Shown: positions 1 to 10,770 of the stretch, piece after piece
How positions within the stretch are numbered: the first letter of the stretch is position 1
How the letters are laid out: every line of letters starts with the position of its first letter
Source: an uncultured Ignavibacteriales bacterium
GTDB lineage: Bacteria; Zixibacteria; MSB-5A5; GN15; FEB-12
Direction: 5' to 3'
Assembly (NCBI GenBank): GCA_964464605.1
Contig: CAYXJN010000004.1
Coordinates: 1 to 64,000, forward strand
DNA: 64,000 nt
Made by a program: the position numbers and the translations under genes
Notes under the pieces: generated by a model
Told to the model about the DNA's origin: nothing
Database searches by the model: none
Seen by the model: the letters and a program-made list of their open reading frames with translations, nothing else

Positions 1-57
1 GTAGGACATGCGGCTCTGGACCGTAGAATCGGGGTTCGAATCCCTGTCTCCCAGCCA
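1..57 (+). tRNA. tRNA-Gln(CTG), 5' end truncated by window edge
   Basis: Anticodon arm GCGG-CT-CTG-GA-CCGT, T-arm GGGG-TTCGAAT-CCCT, and 3' CTCCCAG-CCA ending at 57. Confidence 0.9.
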
Positions 58-87
58 AGAATGCGGGTTGAGCAAAGGGAATCTATC

Positions 88-1314
88 ATGAACATTTTTA
101 CCGGTAATTTTCAAAGAGTAAATTGCGCATGGAAGCAGGCGCGCGCGATTATCTTGCTTGTTATCTGTATACTATTCGCTTTACCGGTTTTGAGTTTTTC
201 GCAAAGTCAATATGAGCAGGAACAGAAAAAGGAGCTTGAAAAGCTTTTTACCGAGCGCGCGTATGATTGTAACGACATTTACAAAAATTGTACGCGTTTG
301 ATCGCTGATTATTACGCGAAAGGAGATTTGGATTCCGTTCGGGTAGTTGTCAACTATTGGCAATCTACATGTTATGGCGCGGCATCGTTAGTCCGGTTTC
401 AAACATTGTTTTGGATGCAGTCTGAAACTGCTCCTCTTGTTATGGCTCCGAATATTCTGCTCAGATCACTCCGATATTACAAATGGTACTATGCCTACGG
501 TGACAGAGAGCGGCGTGAATATCGTGATTCTCACCAGGAACGGTTTGATAAGTTGGTTGACAGTTTGGCGACAAACGCGCTCAAAAAAGCTGAACCACAT
601 TCGCTTGAGCATCATATTGCCCGGATTTATTGTGGAGAGCCGGATTCACTGTATCACTTTTTGCAGGTTGAGCCCGGTGCAAACACGCCATTAGGTCAGG
701 AATACCGCCGATTTGCTGATTCAGTGCGGTATGCCCCCGAGGAATATTTTGGATTGTCTTCCGGAGCTTGGGTGCCAGTCGGCAAGCGTGAACTGCTCGG
801 CGTGAAGCCATTGTTGAGTTTCTTCACCGGTCATAGATGGAATCGGTATCTTATTGAGCTTTATATGGGGATCGCTTTTCTACAATCGAAATCACCGTAT
901 GTCGTGAAAGCAGGGGATAGCTTGATTGAAACGGAAGATTTTAACTGTGGAATGTTTGGATTCGAACTTGGCCGAGAATTGTTGAGAACCCAACATCATG
1001 AGTTTGACGCAATGGTCGGTGCCGGGGCGCAGGTGGTCAACGCTATTTATGTTGATGATGAAAAGTATAAGGATGGAAAGCAGTACTGGTCAGCGTTAGG
1101 AACAGTTGGTGTTCGGTATCGCCTGTATCCGGTAAAGTACAATTCGACGTTTATTTATTTTCAGCCGATGCTTGAGTTTTCGACAATAAACACCGAGGGT
1201 GGCACTGATTTGTCCGGAGCCGCTATTACGTTCCGTTTAGGTGTGTCATTTAGAGGTTTCTACAGCACCAAAGAAAAACAGCAAGTTTTACGCGAGATGG
1301 AATACGAATACTGA
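88..1314 (+). CDS. Exported hypothetical protein, helical N-terminus with probable beta-barrel C-terminus
   Basis: Long ORF (61..1314; ATG 88 preferred because 61 abuts the tRNA); hydrophobic signal-like segment; C-terminal half has alternating aromatic/Gly strands. Confidence 0.6.
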   Translation: MNIFTGNFQRVNCAWKQARAIILLVICILFALPVLSFSQSQYEQEQKKELEKLFTERAYDCNDIYKNCTRLIADYYAKGDLDSVRVVVNYWQSTCYGAASLVRFQTLFWMQSETAPLVMAPNILLRSLRYYKWYYAYGDRERREYRDSHQERFDKLVDSLATNALKKAEPHSLEHHIARIYCGEPDSLYHFLQVEPGANTPLGQEYRRFADSVRYAPEEYFGLSSGAWVPVGKRELLGVKPLLSFFTGHRWNRYLIELYMGIAFLQSKSPYVVKAGDSLIETEDFNCGMFGFELGRELLRTQHHEFDAMVGAGAQVVNAIYVDDEKYKDGKQYWSALGTVGVRYRLYPVKYNSTFIYFQPMLEFSTINTEGGTDLSGAAITFRLGVSFRGFYSTKEKQQVLREMEYEY

Positions 1315-1361
1315 CCACTCTCGCTAAATCAAACATACATACTTAGTGAACGACTGGAATT

Positions 1362-1592
1362 TTACTCCACCTCCTCGCCTAAATCCTCGACGGAGATGCC
1401 GAGTTTGTCACAGGCTTTTTCCAGAGCAGTCTCATAATCAGCGCCCACTGCCGATTCGGATTCCCCGGTTTGGTTGTCGGTGACAGTTACTTTGATCGGA
1501 TCGGAATCATAGTCTAAGATTCCCTCGATCATCGACTCAACGAGCCATTTGTCCACTTTTTCGGATTCAACCGAATACCTTTGGTCGCCCAT
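1362..1592 (-). CDS. Small acidic hypothetical protein
   Basis: ATG at 1592 preceded by AAGGGAG; fills the gap downstream of the desaturase. Confidence 0.55.
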   Translation of the reverse strand: MGDQRYSVESEKVDKWLVESMIEGILDYDSDPIKVTVTDNQTGESESAVGADYETALEKACDKLGISVEDLGEEVE

Positions 1593-1746
1593 GGTGCGAG
1601 TACTCCCTTTTTTGCAATTGTTCACCGGCTCTTGTGAGTCCCGGTGCACGTCCTCTTGGGAAATACTAATGAAAGAGCCTAAACTTCGTCAAGCTTTAGA
1701 ATGGTGGTAGAAAGAGATAATTTTGAGAACAAAAGTACGAACGTGC

Positions 1747-2793
1747 TTAGGCGGCTTTGCTGAGGCCATGTTTCAAGCGCCATGCTTTCACGGCACGGAA
1801 ACCGACCAAACGGCCGCTTTCTTCATCCCAAAGCCGGAAGGTGAGTGATTTCAGGCTCGAAAGTAGAGTGACCGGTTTGATGGTGCTGACGCCGGGGACA
1901 TTCTCATGGCATTTAGCCAGGTAATAGTTCGGTATGCGTGAATTGAGGTGGTGCACATGATGGTAGCCGATACTTCCGGTAAACCAGCGCAGGACGATAG
2001 GGAGATCATAAAATGAGCCCCCTTCAAGCGACGCCGTCACAAAATCCCAGCCCTGTTCACGCGACCAATAGACATCTTCGAATTGATGCTGCACATAAAA
2101 CAGCCAGACTCCGCACATCAATGCGACAAAAAGGGTAGGAATCTGAATCAGCAGATAATTCTGCCACCCCATAATCATACTCATGACAAATGCGATGACT
2201 ACAATACCGGCATTAGTCCAGTAGACGCTGTACCGTTCACGTGGTTTTGATTTGCGGCGAACGAAACGATTGGTAATCAGCGCAAGAAACAACGGCCCCA
2301 AAAGGAACATGATAAACGGATTGCGATAGAGCCGATACTCGATACGTTCTTTCAGCGGTGCTTTTGCGTATTCGGCGACGGTCATCATCCAGACATCCCC
2401 GTGACCGCGTTCGTCCAGATTGCCGGAGGTGGCATGATGCTTGGCATGGCTGGCGCGCCAATAGTAATAGGGGGTAAAGGTGAGTATGCCGGTGATGTTT
2501 CCCCAGGTATTGTTCGCTTTGCTTGATTTGAAGAATGATCCATGCCCGCAATCATGAAAGATAATAAAAAGCCGAATCAAGAGACCGCCGTTGATGAGCA
2601 TTACCGGAAGTGCGAGCCAGAATGAATACTGCAATGCAAAATAGGAAACAACCCACGCAAGAATGTACAGTGTCAGAGTGCTGGACAACTGCCAGATGCT
2701 TCGGGCATTGCTCGGATGCTGGTATTTGGAGAGTTCGCGCTGGATTTTGTCGCCGTCAATCTTGGAAGATTCGGCGTGCATCGTTGTCGACAT
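1747..2793 (-). CDS. Membrane fatty acid desaturase (Des-like)
   Basis: His boxes HDCGH, HAKHH, HHVHH; transmembrane segments; ATG 2793 with GAGG RBS. Confidence 0.92.
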   Translation of the reverse strand: MSTTMHAESSKIDGDKIQRELSKYQHPSNARSIWQLSSTLTLYILAWVVSYFALQYSFWLALPVMLINGGLLIRLFIIFHDCGHGSFFKSSKANNTWGNITGILTFTPYYYWRASHAKHHATSGNLDERGHGDVWMMTVAEYAKAPLKERIEYRLYRNPFIMFLLGPLFLALITNRFVRRKSKPRERYSVYWTNAGIVVIAFVMSMIMGWQNYLLIQIPTLFVALMCGVWLFYVQHQFEDVYWSREQGWDFVTASLEGGSFYDLPIVLRWFTGSIGYHHVHHLNSRIPNYYLAKCHENVPGVSTIKPVTLLSSLKSLTFRLWDEESGRLVGFRAVKAWRLKHGLSKAA

Positions 2794-3180
2794 GTTTACC
2801 TCTCTGGCTGTTCGCGCGGCGACAACCGCGCCGATCAATGAGGTTTGTTATCGGCGAGTGGAGACCACACATGTTCTCTACTAATAGCGACTAAATAGCC
2901 TTTATACTGCTCAGAGGCAACAAATATCCCTTTGATGACGATATTTATTTTTTTGCGTCGCACAGTAATCGGTTGACTTTGGGAATTGTGTCAGGCATGT
3001 TAAGTCACATAACATCGTGTCCCGTATTATTTTTTATTAAGCTTGTCTTAGCACCTCAATCTTTGTCAGAATGTAATCTGGTCACAGTAGCGCAATTCCG
3101 CGCATGAATGAGTTTATTTGCTCTGTTTTTCGGTTCATCGGAAACGACGATCAGGGCAGTAAACAGAAGTGGAGAGTAGA

Positions 3181-3489
3181 ATGAATATCTACGTAGGAAA
3201 CCTTTCGCACCGTACTGACGAAGCCGGCCTTCGCAAATCTTTCGAGCAGTTCGGGGAAGTAAGCCAGGTTAACATCATCAAGGACAAGTTCACCTCAGAT
3301 CCGAAAGGATTCGGGTTCGTTGAGATGCCGTCGAAAGATCAGGCTATGGCCGCGATCTCAGGTCTTAATGGACAGGACCTTGATGGTCGTACGCTGAATG
3401 TAAACGAAGCGCGCCCGCGCATGGACAACAAGCCGTCCGGTGGCGGCGGTCGTCGTCCGAGCGGCGGCGGAAACAAACGCTCCTGGTAA
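3181..3489 (+). CDS. RRM RNA-binding protein with Gly-rich tail
   Basis: RNP2 IYVGNL, RNP1 KGFGFVEM, LNVNEARPR, GGGG tail. Confidence 0.95.
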   Translation: MNIYVGNLSHRTDEAGLRKSFEQFGEVSQVNIIKDKFTSDPKGFGFVEMPSKDQAMAAISGLNGQDLDGRTLNVNEARPRMDNKPSGGGGRRPSGGGNKRSW

Positions 3490-3526
3490 AGCAAACACTG
3501 CTCGCATTACGCGAGCTTTAGTTTCG

Positions 3527-3557
3527 AAAGACCCGGTTTTTAACCAGGTCTTTTTTT
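3527..3557 (+). terminator. Rho-independent terminator
   Basis: AAAGACCCGGTT-TTT-AACCAGGTCTTT imperfect stem followed by a T run, after the RRM gene. Confidence 0.75.
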
Positions 3558-3646
3558 GTGTCTTTTTGCCGGTTTGCGGATCTATTGCAAAACCAAATGG
3601 AGATTAGTATACTTTGGCGCATTAAACGCAGGGAAAGGGAATCTTC

Positions 3647-4468
3647 GTGAAACGCTTCGTGATTCTCACAATACTTTTCGGATTGTTTTTCACTCAATCG
3701 ATTTCAGCGCATGTGTACTGGATGAAAATGCATCGGGAGCGGGAAATTACTGTTGAATATCAGATGGCCACGTTTAAAGAGAGCGGCCTTTTTAAAAATC
3801 CGTTCAACCTCAATTTCGCCGGGTATTTTCATACCGCAGGAAACGTGTATATAGCGGCGCAGCTTCCGGTGGCAAAAGAATGGATCGATGGAATAACCGG
3901 TAATCCGTACTTAGGTGTTGAAATTGTCGATAAAAAGAAATCATCCCGAATCATACAATTGGGTGTGCGTTTCCCCTTTGCTAAAGATGATTTTGAAATT
4001 TCCAATGTCGCGTATACCGGCAGTATGATATCCACCGATCAATCGGAAGCGTTTATGCCCCTTACTTGGACATTACAACCGGTAATCGGGTATCAATGGA
4101 TCCTGCCGAAAAGCCCCACGACGAATCACGTGTTTAAACTTACCGGCAGCCCGACCGCGTTGCTACCGGCCGGACGGGACAATCTGTTGTTGTTCGATAT
4201 GACAGCGGAAGCATGGCTGCAAAGTATGGGGAAATGGGAAGCCGGCGCCGGTCTTCAGGGGCGCGTTCCGATAGGGGATGATTCACAATTTTCGGAATCG
4301 TTTATCGGGTTTGCCTGTCTTTCGCTTCGGTTTAATTTGGGCAAGCATCTTCGCCCCGGATTTCGATTTGTCCTTCCGCTTAGCAAAGATTTCAGCGATA
4401 ACATTGACTATACGCTCAATGTCGATGCCACCGTTGACTTGATTAAGTGGTTGGATGAGGAAAAGTGA
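3647..4468 (+). CDS. Secreted / outer-membrane hypothetical protein
   Basis: Signal peptide MKRFVILTILFGLFFTQSISA; beta-strand-like composition; RBS and upstream TTGCAA..TATACT. Confidence 0.65.
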   Translation: MKRFVILTILFGLFFTQSISAHVYWMKMHREREITVEYQMATFKESGLFKNPFNLNFAGYFHTAGNVYIAAQLPVAKEWIDGITGNPYLGVEIVDKKKSSRIIQLGVRFPFAKDDFEISNVAYTGSMISTDQSEAFMPLTWTLQPVIGYQWILPKSPTTNHVFKLTGSPTALLPAGRDNLLLFDMTAEAWLQSMGKWEAGAGLQGRVPIGDDSQFSESFIGFACLSLRFNLGKHLRPGFRFVLPLSKDFSDNIDYTLNVDATVDLIKWLDEEK

Positions 4469-4470
4469 AA

Positions 4471-5211
4471 TTACTTTAGCGCGGACTTCAATAGTTCGCG
4501 GTTCATCTTTGCGATAAATTTCACGGAAATCTCTTTCGGGCAGACTGCTTCGCATTCGAACTGATTGGTGCAGTCGCCGAATTTTTCTTTATCCATCTGT
4601 GCTACCATCCGTTTGACACGGGTAGCCGCTTCTACCTGTCCTTGTGGCAAAGCAGCCAGATGGCCGACCTTCGCGGCAACGAACAGCATTGCGGAGGCAT
4701 TTTTACATGAGGCAACACAGGCGCCACAGCCGATACAGGCGGCGGCATCCATCGCTTCTTCAGCGGCATCTTTGGAAATAGGGAGCGCGTTTCCATCCTG
4801 CGCGCCGCCGGTATTGACGGAAACATATCCACCGGCCTGAATAATCCGGTCTAATGATGTCCGGTCGACAACGAGATCTTTAATAATCGGAAATGCTTTG
4901 GCGCGCCAGGGTTCGATATAAATATGGTCACCATCTTTGAAATGGCGCATGTGTAACTGGCAGGTTGTTGTGGCGCGTTCCGGACCGTGGGCGATACCGT
5001 TAATCATCAGAGAGCACATACCACAGATACCTTCGCGGCAGTCATGGTCGAAGGCGATAGGGTCTTGTCCTTTGGCAAGCAGCTGTTCGTTGGTAACGTC
5101 GAGCATTTCCAAAAAGGACATGTGTTCGCTGATATTGTTGACCGGATAGACTTCCATTTTGCCGGAAGTATCCCCTTTTCTCTGACGCCAGACATGCAGC
5201 GTGAGGTTCAT
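4471..5211 (-). CDS. sdhB: Succinate dehydrogenase/fumarate reductase iron-sulfur subunit
   Basis: [32 protein letters not shown]; overlaps the sdhA stop. Confidence 0.95.
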   Translation of the reverse strand: MNLTLHVWRQRKGDTSGKMEVYPVNNISEHMSFLEMLDVTNEQLLAKGQDPIAFDHDCREGICGMCSLMINGIAHGPERATTTCQLHMRHFKDGDHIYIEPWRAKAFPIIKDLVVDRTSLDRIIQAGGYVSVNTGGAQDGNALPISKDAAEEAMDAAACIGCGACVASCKNASAMLFVAAKVGHLAALPQGQVEAATRVKRMVAQMDKEKFGDCTNQFECEAVCPKEISVKFIAKMNRELLKSALK

Positions 5212-7124
5212 TTGTAACTCCGTTGCGACAGTTTCACGTTCTCGAATACAAGCGGTTCTTTATGCATTGTCGGCTGTTTGCCGACTCCGGTAAATTCCCA
5301 GGCCGAAACATGGCAGAAATTGTTGTCGTCACGAAGCGCCTCACCATCCGGGGTCTGGCTTTCCTCACGGAAATGTCCTCCACAGGATTCAGAGCGGGTG
5401 AGAGCATCCATACACATCAATTCACCGAACTCCAAAAAGTCGGCAACCCGTCCGGCGCGTTCGAGTGATTGATTGAACTCTTCATTTTCACCCGGCACGT
5501 TGACATTTTTCCAGAATTCATCCCGAATTTCCGGAATCAGCTGTAATGCTTTTTTGAGTCCGGCATCGTTACGCGCCATGCCGCAATAATCCCACATGAT
5601 TTTTCCGAGTTCACGGTGGAATGAATCGACGCTTCGTTTGCCGTTAATGCCGAGCATTCGTTTGGTGCGTTCGGTCGTTTCCGATTCCGCGTTCTTGAAT
5701 TCCTGCTGATCGATGGCATAGTTTGCTTTTCCAGCACGGGCGAAATAATCGCTGATAGTGTAGGGGAGAATGAAATAGCCATCGGCTAATCCCTGCATCA
5801 GCGCACTTGCCCCCAAACGGTTGGCGCCGTGATCGGAAAAATTCGCTTCACCGATAACGAACAGACCGGGAATAGTGCTTTCTAAATTGTAATCGACCCA
5901 AAGTCCGCCCATCGTGTAGTGAACGGCGGGATAAATACGCATCGGAACTTTGTACGGGTTTTCACCGGTGATCCGTTCATACATGTCGAACAGATTACTG
6001 TATCGATCATGCACGACTTTTTCACCGAGACGCTTGATCGCATCGGCGAAATCAAGAAAGACGCCTAATCCACCGGGGCCAACGCCGAAACCGGCATCGC
6101 AGGCTTCTTTGGCGCTGCGTGAGGCGATATCGCGTGGAGCAAGATTACCGAAACTCGGATATTTTCGCTCGAGATAATAATCCCGTTCGGATTCAGGGAT
6201 CTGATCCGGCGTACGGGTATCCCCTTTTTTCTTCGGTACCCAGATACGGCCGTCGTTGCGTAACGATTCGGACATAAGTGTCAATTTCGATTGATAGTCA
6301 CCGCTGACCGGAATACAGGTCGGGTGAATCTGCGTGAAACAGGGGTTACCGAAGAACGCCCCTTTTTTGTATGCACGATACGTGGCTGTTACGTTTGAGC
6401 CTTTCGCATTGGTCGAAAGGTAAAAGACATTACCGTATCCGCCGGTCGCAAGCACGACGGCATCGGCCGCATACGACGTAATTTTTCCGTTCACTAAATC
6501 GCGAACGACTATACCCACCGCACGATTGTTAGCGACGACCAGCTCCAGCATTTCGGTGCGGGAGAACATTTGCACCGTACCGGCTGCTATTTGTCGGGAA
6601 AGCGCCGAGTAACAGCCTAACAGAAGCTGCTGACCTGTTTGACCGCGCGCATAAAATGTACGTGATACCTGCGCACCTCCGAATGAGCGGTTAGACAACT
6701 GACCGCCGTATTCACGCGCGAAAGGAACCCCCTGCGCGACACACTGGTCGATAATGTTGGTGCTGACTTCGGCCAAACGATGCACATTCGCTTCACGGGC
6801 GCGAAAATCGCCACCTTTTACCGTATCATAAAAAAGGCGATGAACCGAGTCACCGTCATTCTGATAATTCTTAGCAGCGTTAATTCCACCCTGTGCGGCA
6901 ATTGAGTGCGCACGGCGCGGGGAATCCTGAAAGCAGAAGCAAAGAACGTTGTAACCGAGTTCACCCAATGTTGCTGCGGCCGAACCACCGGCCAATCCGC
7001 TTCCGACCACGATAACGGTGTATTTTCGTTTGTTTGCCGGATTGACCAGCTTCATTTCGAATTTATGCCTGGTCCATTTGTCGGTGAGCGGACCTGAGGG
7101 GATTTTCGCGTCGAGTTTGCTCAT
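5208..7124 (-). CDS. sdhA: Succinate dehydrogenase/fumarate reductase flavoprotein subunit
   Basis: GSGLAG FAD motif, [30 protein letters not shown]. Confidence 0.96.
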   Translation of the reverse strand: MSKLDAKIPSGPLTDKWTRHKFEMKLVNPANKRKYTVIVVGSGLAGGSAAATLGELGYNVLCFCFQDSPRRAHSIAAQGGINAAKNYQNDGDSVHRLFYDTVKGGDFRAREANVHRLAEVSTNIIDQCVAQGVPFAREYGGQLSNRSFGGAQVSRTFYARGQTGQQLLLGCYSALSRQIAAGTVQMFSRTEMLELVVANNRAVGIVVRDLVNGKITSYAADAVVLATGGYGNVFYLSTNAKGSNVTATYRAYKKGAFFGNPCFTQIHPTCIPVSGDYQSKLTLMSESLRNDGRIWVPKKKGDTRTPDQIPESERDYYLERKYPSFGNLAPRDIASRSAKEACDAGFGVGPGGLGVFLDFADAIKRLGEKVVHDRYSNLFDMYERITGENPYKVPMRIYPAVHYTMGGLWVDYNLESTIPGLFVIGEANFSDHGANRLGASALMQGLADGYFILPYTISDYFARAGKANYAIDQQEFKNAESETTERTKRMLGINGKRSVDSFHRELGKIMWDYCGMARNDAGLKKALQLIPEIRDEFWKNVNVPGENEEFNQSLERAGRVADFLEFGELMCMDALTRSESCGGHFREESQTPDGEALRDDNNFCHVSAWEFTGVGKQPTMHKEPLVFENVKLSQRSYK

Positions 7125-7849
7125 CCTAAAGTCACCGTTGGAAGGGTAATATAGCCGAGCAACACGCCGATGGGGACAGAGCTAAATCCTAAAAAGAGAA
7201 AAACGGCGATAACATACGAAAGCGCCTTCAGTTTCGGTGTCGATGTTGGTGTCGCGACGCCGAGTGACTGGAAGATACTCGCGAACCCGTGGCTGATATG
7301 AATCGCCAAAAGCAGCATGGTCAGCATATACAGAAACGAAACTACTTTATTCTGAAATCCGAGAATGACCATTGAGTAGACATCATGCCGTCCGGATAAA
7401 TCGACCAAGTTCTTATATTCCGGATGAATGCCGAAAAAGGTAAAGTGAGCTAAATGGTAGAAGACAAAAAAGAAAATTAATGCGCCGCTGTAAATCATCG
7501 AACGAGATGCTACCGATGCCTGCACCGTTTTTGCGTGGGCATACCCGATTGGCCGGGCCGCCCGGTTTTCCAAAAAGAGTCGAACGCCAGTAACAATGTG
7601 AGCAATAAGTGATACGCCAAGAATCACCCGTACCGACCAGGTCAGAAGCGGGGTGTCGGCTAACATTTTGGCGTAAGCATTGATTTTGTCCTGACCGAGA
7701 AAAATTTGCAGGTTGCCCAACATATGGCCGATAATCCAGCCTAAAATGATTACGCCGGTCACCGCCATGACTACTTTTTTGCCGATAGAGAGTTGTGTGA
7801 GAGAGATTTTAGAAGGATCAGCGAGGATAACTTTTGCGTCAGTTTTCAT
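7121..7849 (-). CDS. sdhC: Succinate dehydrogenase cytochrome b subunit
   Basis: [18 protein letters not shown]; five TM helices with His ligands; first gene of the operon. Confidence 0.92.
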   Translation of the reverse strand: MKTDAKVILADPSKISLTQLSIGKKVVMAVTGVIILGWIIGHMLGNLQIFLGQDKINAYAKMLADTPLLTWSVRVILGVSLIAHIVTGVRLFLENRAARPIGYAHAKTVQASVASRSMIYSGALIFFFVFYHLAHFTFFGIHPEYKNLVDLSGRHDVYSMVILGFQNKVVSFLYMLTMLLLAIHISHGFASIFQSLGVATPTSTPKLKALSYVIAVFLFLGFSSVPIGVLLGYITLPTVTLG

Positions 7850-7881
7850 CTGTTTTGTCTGCGTACGTAATTCAGGAGAAA

Positions 7882-7910
7882 AACATAGCCGACTTTACCG
7901 GTTTGGTCAA
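7882..7910 (-). promoter_or_regulatory. sigma70-type promoter of sdhCAB
   Basis: TTGACC-17 bp-TATGTT on the minus strand. Confidence 0.6.
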
Positions 7911-7997
7911 CTCAAAAAGCGAGCAATTTCGTGAAACCGGGGTTCATCCAAATCCGGTTTTCTGTGTACAATGCATTATGCTGCAGGGAAATGGGAA

Positions 7998-8026
7998 TTG
8001 ACAGGTTTTAAGCCGAGTGGTATGAT
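7998..8026 (+). promoter_or_regulatory. sigma70-type promoter
   Basis: TTGACA-17 bp-TATGAT with TG extension. Confidence 0.7.
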
Positions 8027-8104
8027 TAGCCAGAGCGGGTCCGGCGCCAGTTACGCCGCGAATCAGATATCGAAAACCAGGTGTTTCAACATAAGGAGAA
8101 AAGA

Positions 8105-8695
8105 ATGAAACGGATTGTATGGAGTCTTGCCGTCGTTTGTTTAGCGGTCGTTTCCGGCTTTGCAAAAGATGGCGGATCAGTGCGATTGAAACTTTCCGGA
8201 ACCGGTGCAGTCAATGACAGCACAATTAAAGCAGGACAGCCGGTTTCAGTCGATATCTATATCACGAACGATACCGTACGTGAAGGATTCAGCTTCGGTT
8301 TCTCGTTCAAGTCCGCAACGATCAAAAAAATTGTCCATCCGAATACAGACAGCGGCAAGGCGATCGCTTTGCCGACCAGCAAGCGCGGCGATGTTAAAGG
8401 ATTCAACGGCTGGCAGGATAAAGCAGTCTGGGATTTTGGCGGTGTCTATGCAGTCCCGACAGATTGGGACGGCAATTTGCCTGACGTGGTCGGCTTTGGC
8501 GGTATTGCGGTCAAGCAGGGAATGCAGGTTACTGCTGAACCGGTAAAAGTATTGTCTATTGATCTGATTGTTCCGGAAACCGGACAGTTGGTTGTTGATT
8601 CCGCCTTTTTCCCGCCGGGTGGTGAGTGGATTTTTACTCCGCCAATTACCAAGCCAGCTTGGGGTGGGCCGTATAAGTTTACCGTCGTGAAGTAA
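8105..8695 (+). CDS. Secreted beta-sandwich (cohesin-like) protein
   Basis: AAGGAG RBS, signal peptide, GQPVSVDIYITND..GFSFGFSF strand pattern. Confidence 0.6.
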   Translation: MKRIVWSLAVVCLAVVSGFAKDGGSVRLKLSGTGAVNDSTIKAGQPVSVDIYITNDTVREGFSFGFSFKSATIKKIVHPNTDSGKAIALPTSKRGDVKGFNGWQDKAVWDFGGVYAVPTDWDGNLPDVVGFGGIAVKQGMQVTAEPVKVLSIDLIVPETGQLVVDSAFFPPGGEWIFTPPITKPAWGGPYKFTVVK

Positions 8696-8770
8696 TAGTT
8701 TACGATGATGATATGCAAATCGGCTTGGCGAAATGCGCCAGGCCGATTTTCTTTGTATACTGTTCAGCGT

Positions 8771-9514
8771 ATGAAACAATGTGCAATTGTTTTTCTTTTC
8801 ATTCTGTCGTGCTCTGCGGTTTCCTCTGCAGCCGGTACTGCGGATAGCTCAAATAGCTTTTATCGCATCAGTATCGGTCGGGAAACGATCAGTGATACGA
8901 CTCGAGTCGACACGGTCAGCGTCACGCTCAAATCATTTCCATATCCGCTTGCAGCTTTCGATTTGAAAATCGGGACGGATAAATCGAATGTGGAGATTAT
9001 GCAAATCTTGCCGGGATTTTTTCATGATTCCTGTCGTTGGGAGTTTTTTAATGCGCGATCGGTTTCGGTAGAACGGGAAGAAGGAACGCCGACTTCGCTG
9101 TGGCAAGTTGTCGCTATTTCCGAAACGATTCCGGACGATACTGCGCCTGCTTGTTATCTGATTGAAGGGGAAGTCGAGTTAGTCAAAATCGTTGTCTCGA
9201 TTCAAAAGACGAATGCCGCGCAAACAGCGCCGATTCCGCTGTTTTTTTATTGGGAAGACTGCACCGACAACACGATATCTAACCAGTCAGGGGATACTCT
9301 CGCGTTGTCCTCCCGGATTGTCGATTTTTATCCCGTACAACTGCCCGATCAGGCCGATGTTTTCCCGACTCGTATGGGAACCCCGCGGCAATGTATTACC
9401 CCCGGCAAACCGAACCGGCCGCGCCGGTTGATTGAGTTTCTTAACGGCGGGTTGGAAATAGTGCCGGTTACGGCGAAACCGGACAGTACGCCTGCTGATT
9501 CTACACCCAAATAA
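8771..9514 (+). CDS. Secreted cohesin-like protein
   Basis: Signal peptide; DTVSVTL..LAAFDLKI..ELVKIVV..NGGLEI strand pattern; paired Cys. Confidence 0.55.
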   Translation: MKQCAIVFLFILSCSAVSSAAGTADSSNSFYRISIGRETISDTTRVDTVSVTLKSFPYPLAAFDLKIGTDKSNVEIMQILPGFFHDSCRWEFFNARSVSVEREEGTPTSLWQVVAISETIPDDTAPACYLIEGEVELVKIVVSIQKTNAAQTAPIPLFFYWEDCTDNTISNQSGDTLALSSRIVDFYPVQLPDQADVFPTRMGTPRQCITPGKPNRPRRLIEFLNGGLEIVPVTAKPDSTPADSTPK

Positions 9515-9571
9515 ATATGCCTGAAATCTTTCTGTTCCCTTTGTCATAAACATGGTATCTTGGGTATCGCT

Positions 9572-10645
9572 ATGGCGTATTCATTATCAGGCAATGCAGA
9601 TTCCGACGTTATCATGACTGACAATAGAACTTCATTTGAAATCGTCGCCAAAATTCTGCGCAGCAGTAATGCGGAGTCGATGCACTTCGGGGCAGTGGCC
9701 GTTGTCGATGTGTTCGGAAAGTTAACCCATTACGTGGGAAACCCGTCGATGCCGTTTATGACCCGTTCATCTATTAAACCGTTTCAGCTGATTCCGCTGT
9801 TACGTACCGGCGCGGCCGATCATTTCGGATTTACGCCGAAACAGCTGGCGATTATGGCCGGTTCACACAACGGTTCCGATGAGCATGTTGCCGTTACCAA
9901 ATCCAATTTACAATTGGCCGGTGTGCAGGCATCTGATCTGCAATGCGGAACGCACAAACCGCTGTTCATGGATATCGAAAAAATCTATCCTCAGAACGGG
10001 GAAGACAACGACCCGTTACGCCATAACTGCTCCGGAAAACATTCCGGCTTTTTAGCTCTGGCGAAGTTTTTGAAAGAAGATACCGGAACATATTTAGACC
10101 CAAACAGCAAAACGCAGACACTTATTCGTGAGGCTATCGCCGAAATGTGCGAAGTTGACCCGAATAGCATGCCGCGCGGCGTCGACGGATGCAGCGCTCC
10201 GAATTATGCGATGCCCCTTTCCAGTTTAGCGGTCGGGTTTATGAAGCTCGCGACCTTGCAAGGGAAGGATGAAGCCACGCGCAATGCACTGAAACGTATA
10301 CGCGAGGCAATGCAGCAGTATCCTGAAATGGTGTCGGGAGACAAACGATTTGATTTGGCGGTTATGCAGTCATTCCCGAATCGCGTAGTCTGCAAAGTCG
10401 GAGCAGAATCGATTCAAGGTTTCGGATTTTCGGAACCGGCTGTCGGTATTGCCGTTAAAATATTAGATGGCGCCAAACGGGCGCTGGAACCGGTATGCGT
10501 GGAAGCGATGCGTCAGTTGGGGATTTTTGCCTCGATCGATGATGTCCCGCACTTACGCAAATATCACAATCCGCAGATAAAGAACTATCGCGGTATTGTG
10601 ACCGGCTCGGTAAATACGCAGTTTACGCTGCATAAGTGCGAATAA
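9572..10645 (+). CDS. L-asparaginase II family protein (Rhizobium-type)
   Basis: RSSIKPFQ, GSHNG, HNCSGKH, DGCSAP, KVGAE motifs; start at 9572 or 9614. Confidence 0.9.
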   Translation: MAYSLSGNADSDVIMTDNRTSFEIVAKILRSSNAESMHFGAVAVVDVFGKLTHYVGNPSMPFMTRSSIKPFQLIPLLRTGAADHFGFTPKQLAIMAGSHNGSDEHVAVTKSNLQLAGVQASDLQCGTHKPLFMDIEKIYPQNGEDNDPLRHNCSGKHSGFLALAKFLKEDTGTYLDPNSKTQTLIREAIAEMCEVDPNSMPRGVDGCSAPNYAMPLSSLAVGFMKLATLQGKDEATRNALKRIREAMQQYPEMVSGDKRFDLAVMQSFPNRVVCKVGAESIQGFGFSEPAVGIAVKILDGAKRALEPVCVEAMRQLGIFASIDDVPHLRKYHNPQIKNYRGIVTGSVNTQFTLHKCE

Positions 10646-10770
10646 GATATATGACACATAATGCGACACAACATTTAGGGCTTTCGTATCATCGCAGACG
10701 GGTTAAAGATGTAACCTGATTCTTCTCCTTTTTCGTTTTTGGGTGCACCTAACAAGTGAAAGGAGAAATT

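Noticed and set aside
1..1650. Genomic island integrated at tRNA-Gln
   Set aside because: No integrase and no repeat of the tRNA 3' end was seen in the window; only two hypothetical genes follow
10651..10719. 22-codon ORF (MTHNATQHLGLSYHRRRVKDVT) upstream of tnaA as a TnaC leader peptide
   Set aside because: It has no Trp and no terminal Pro, which TnaC stalling requires, and no clear RBS
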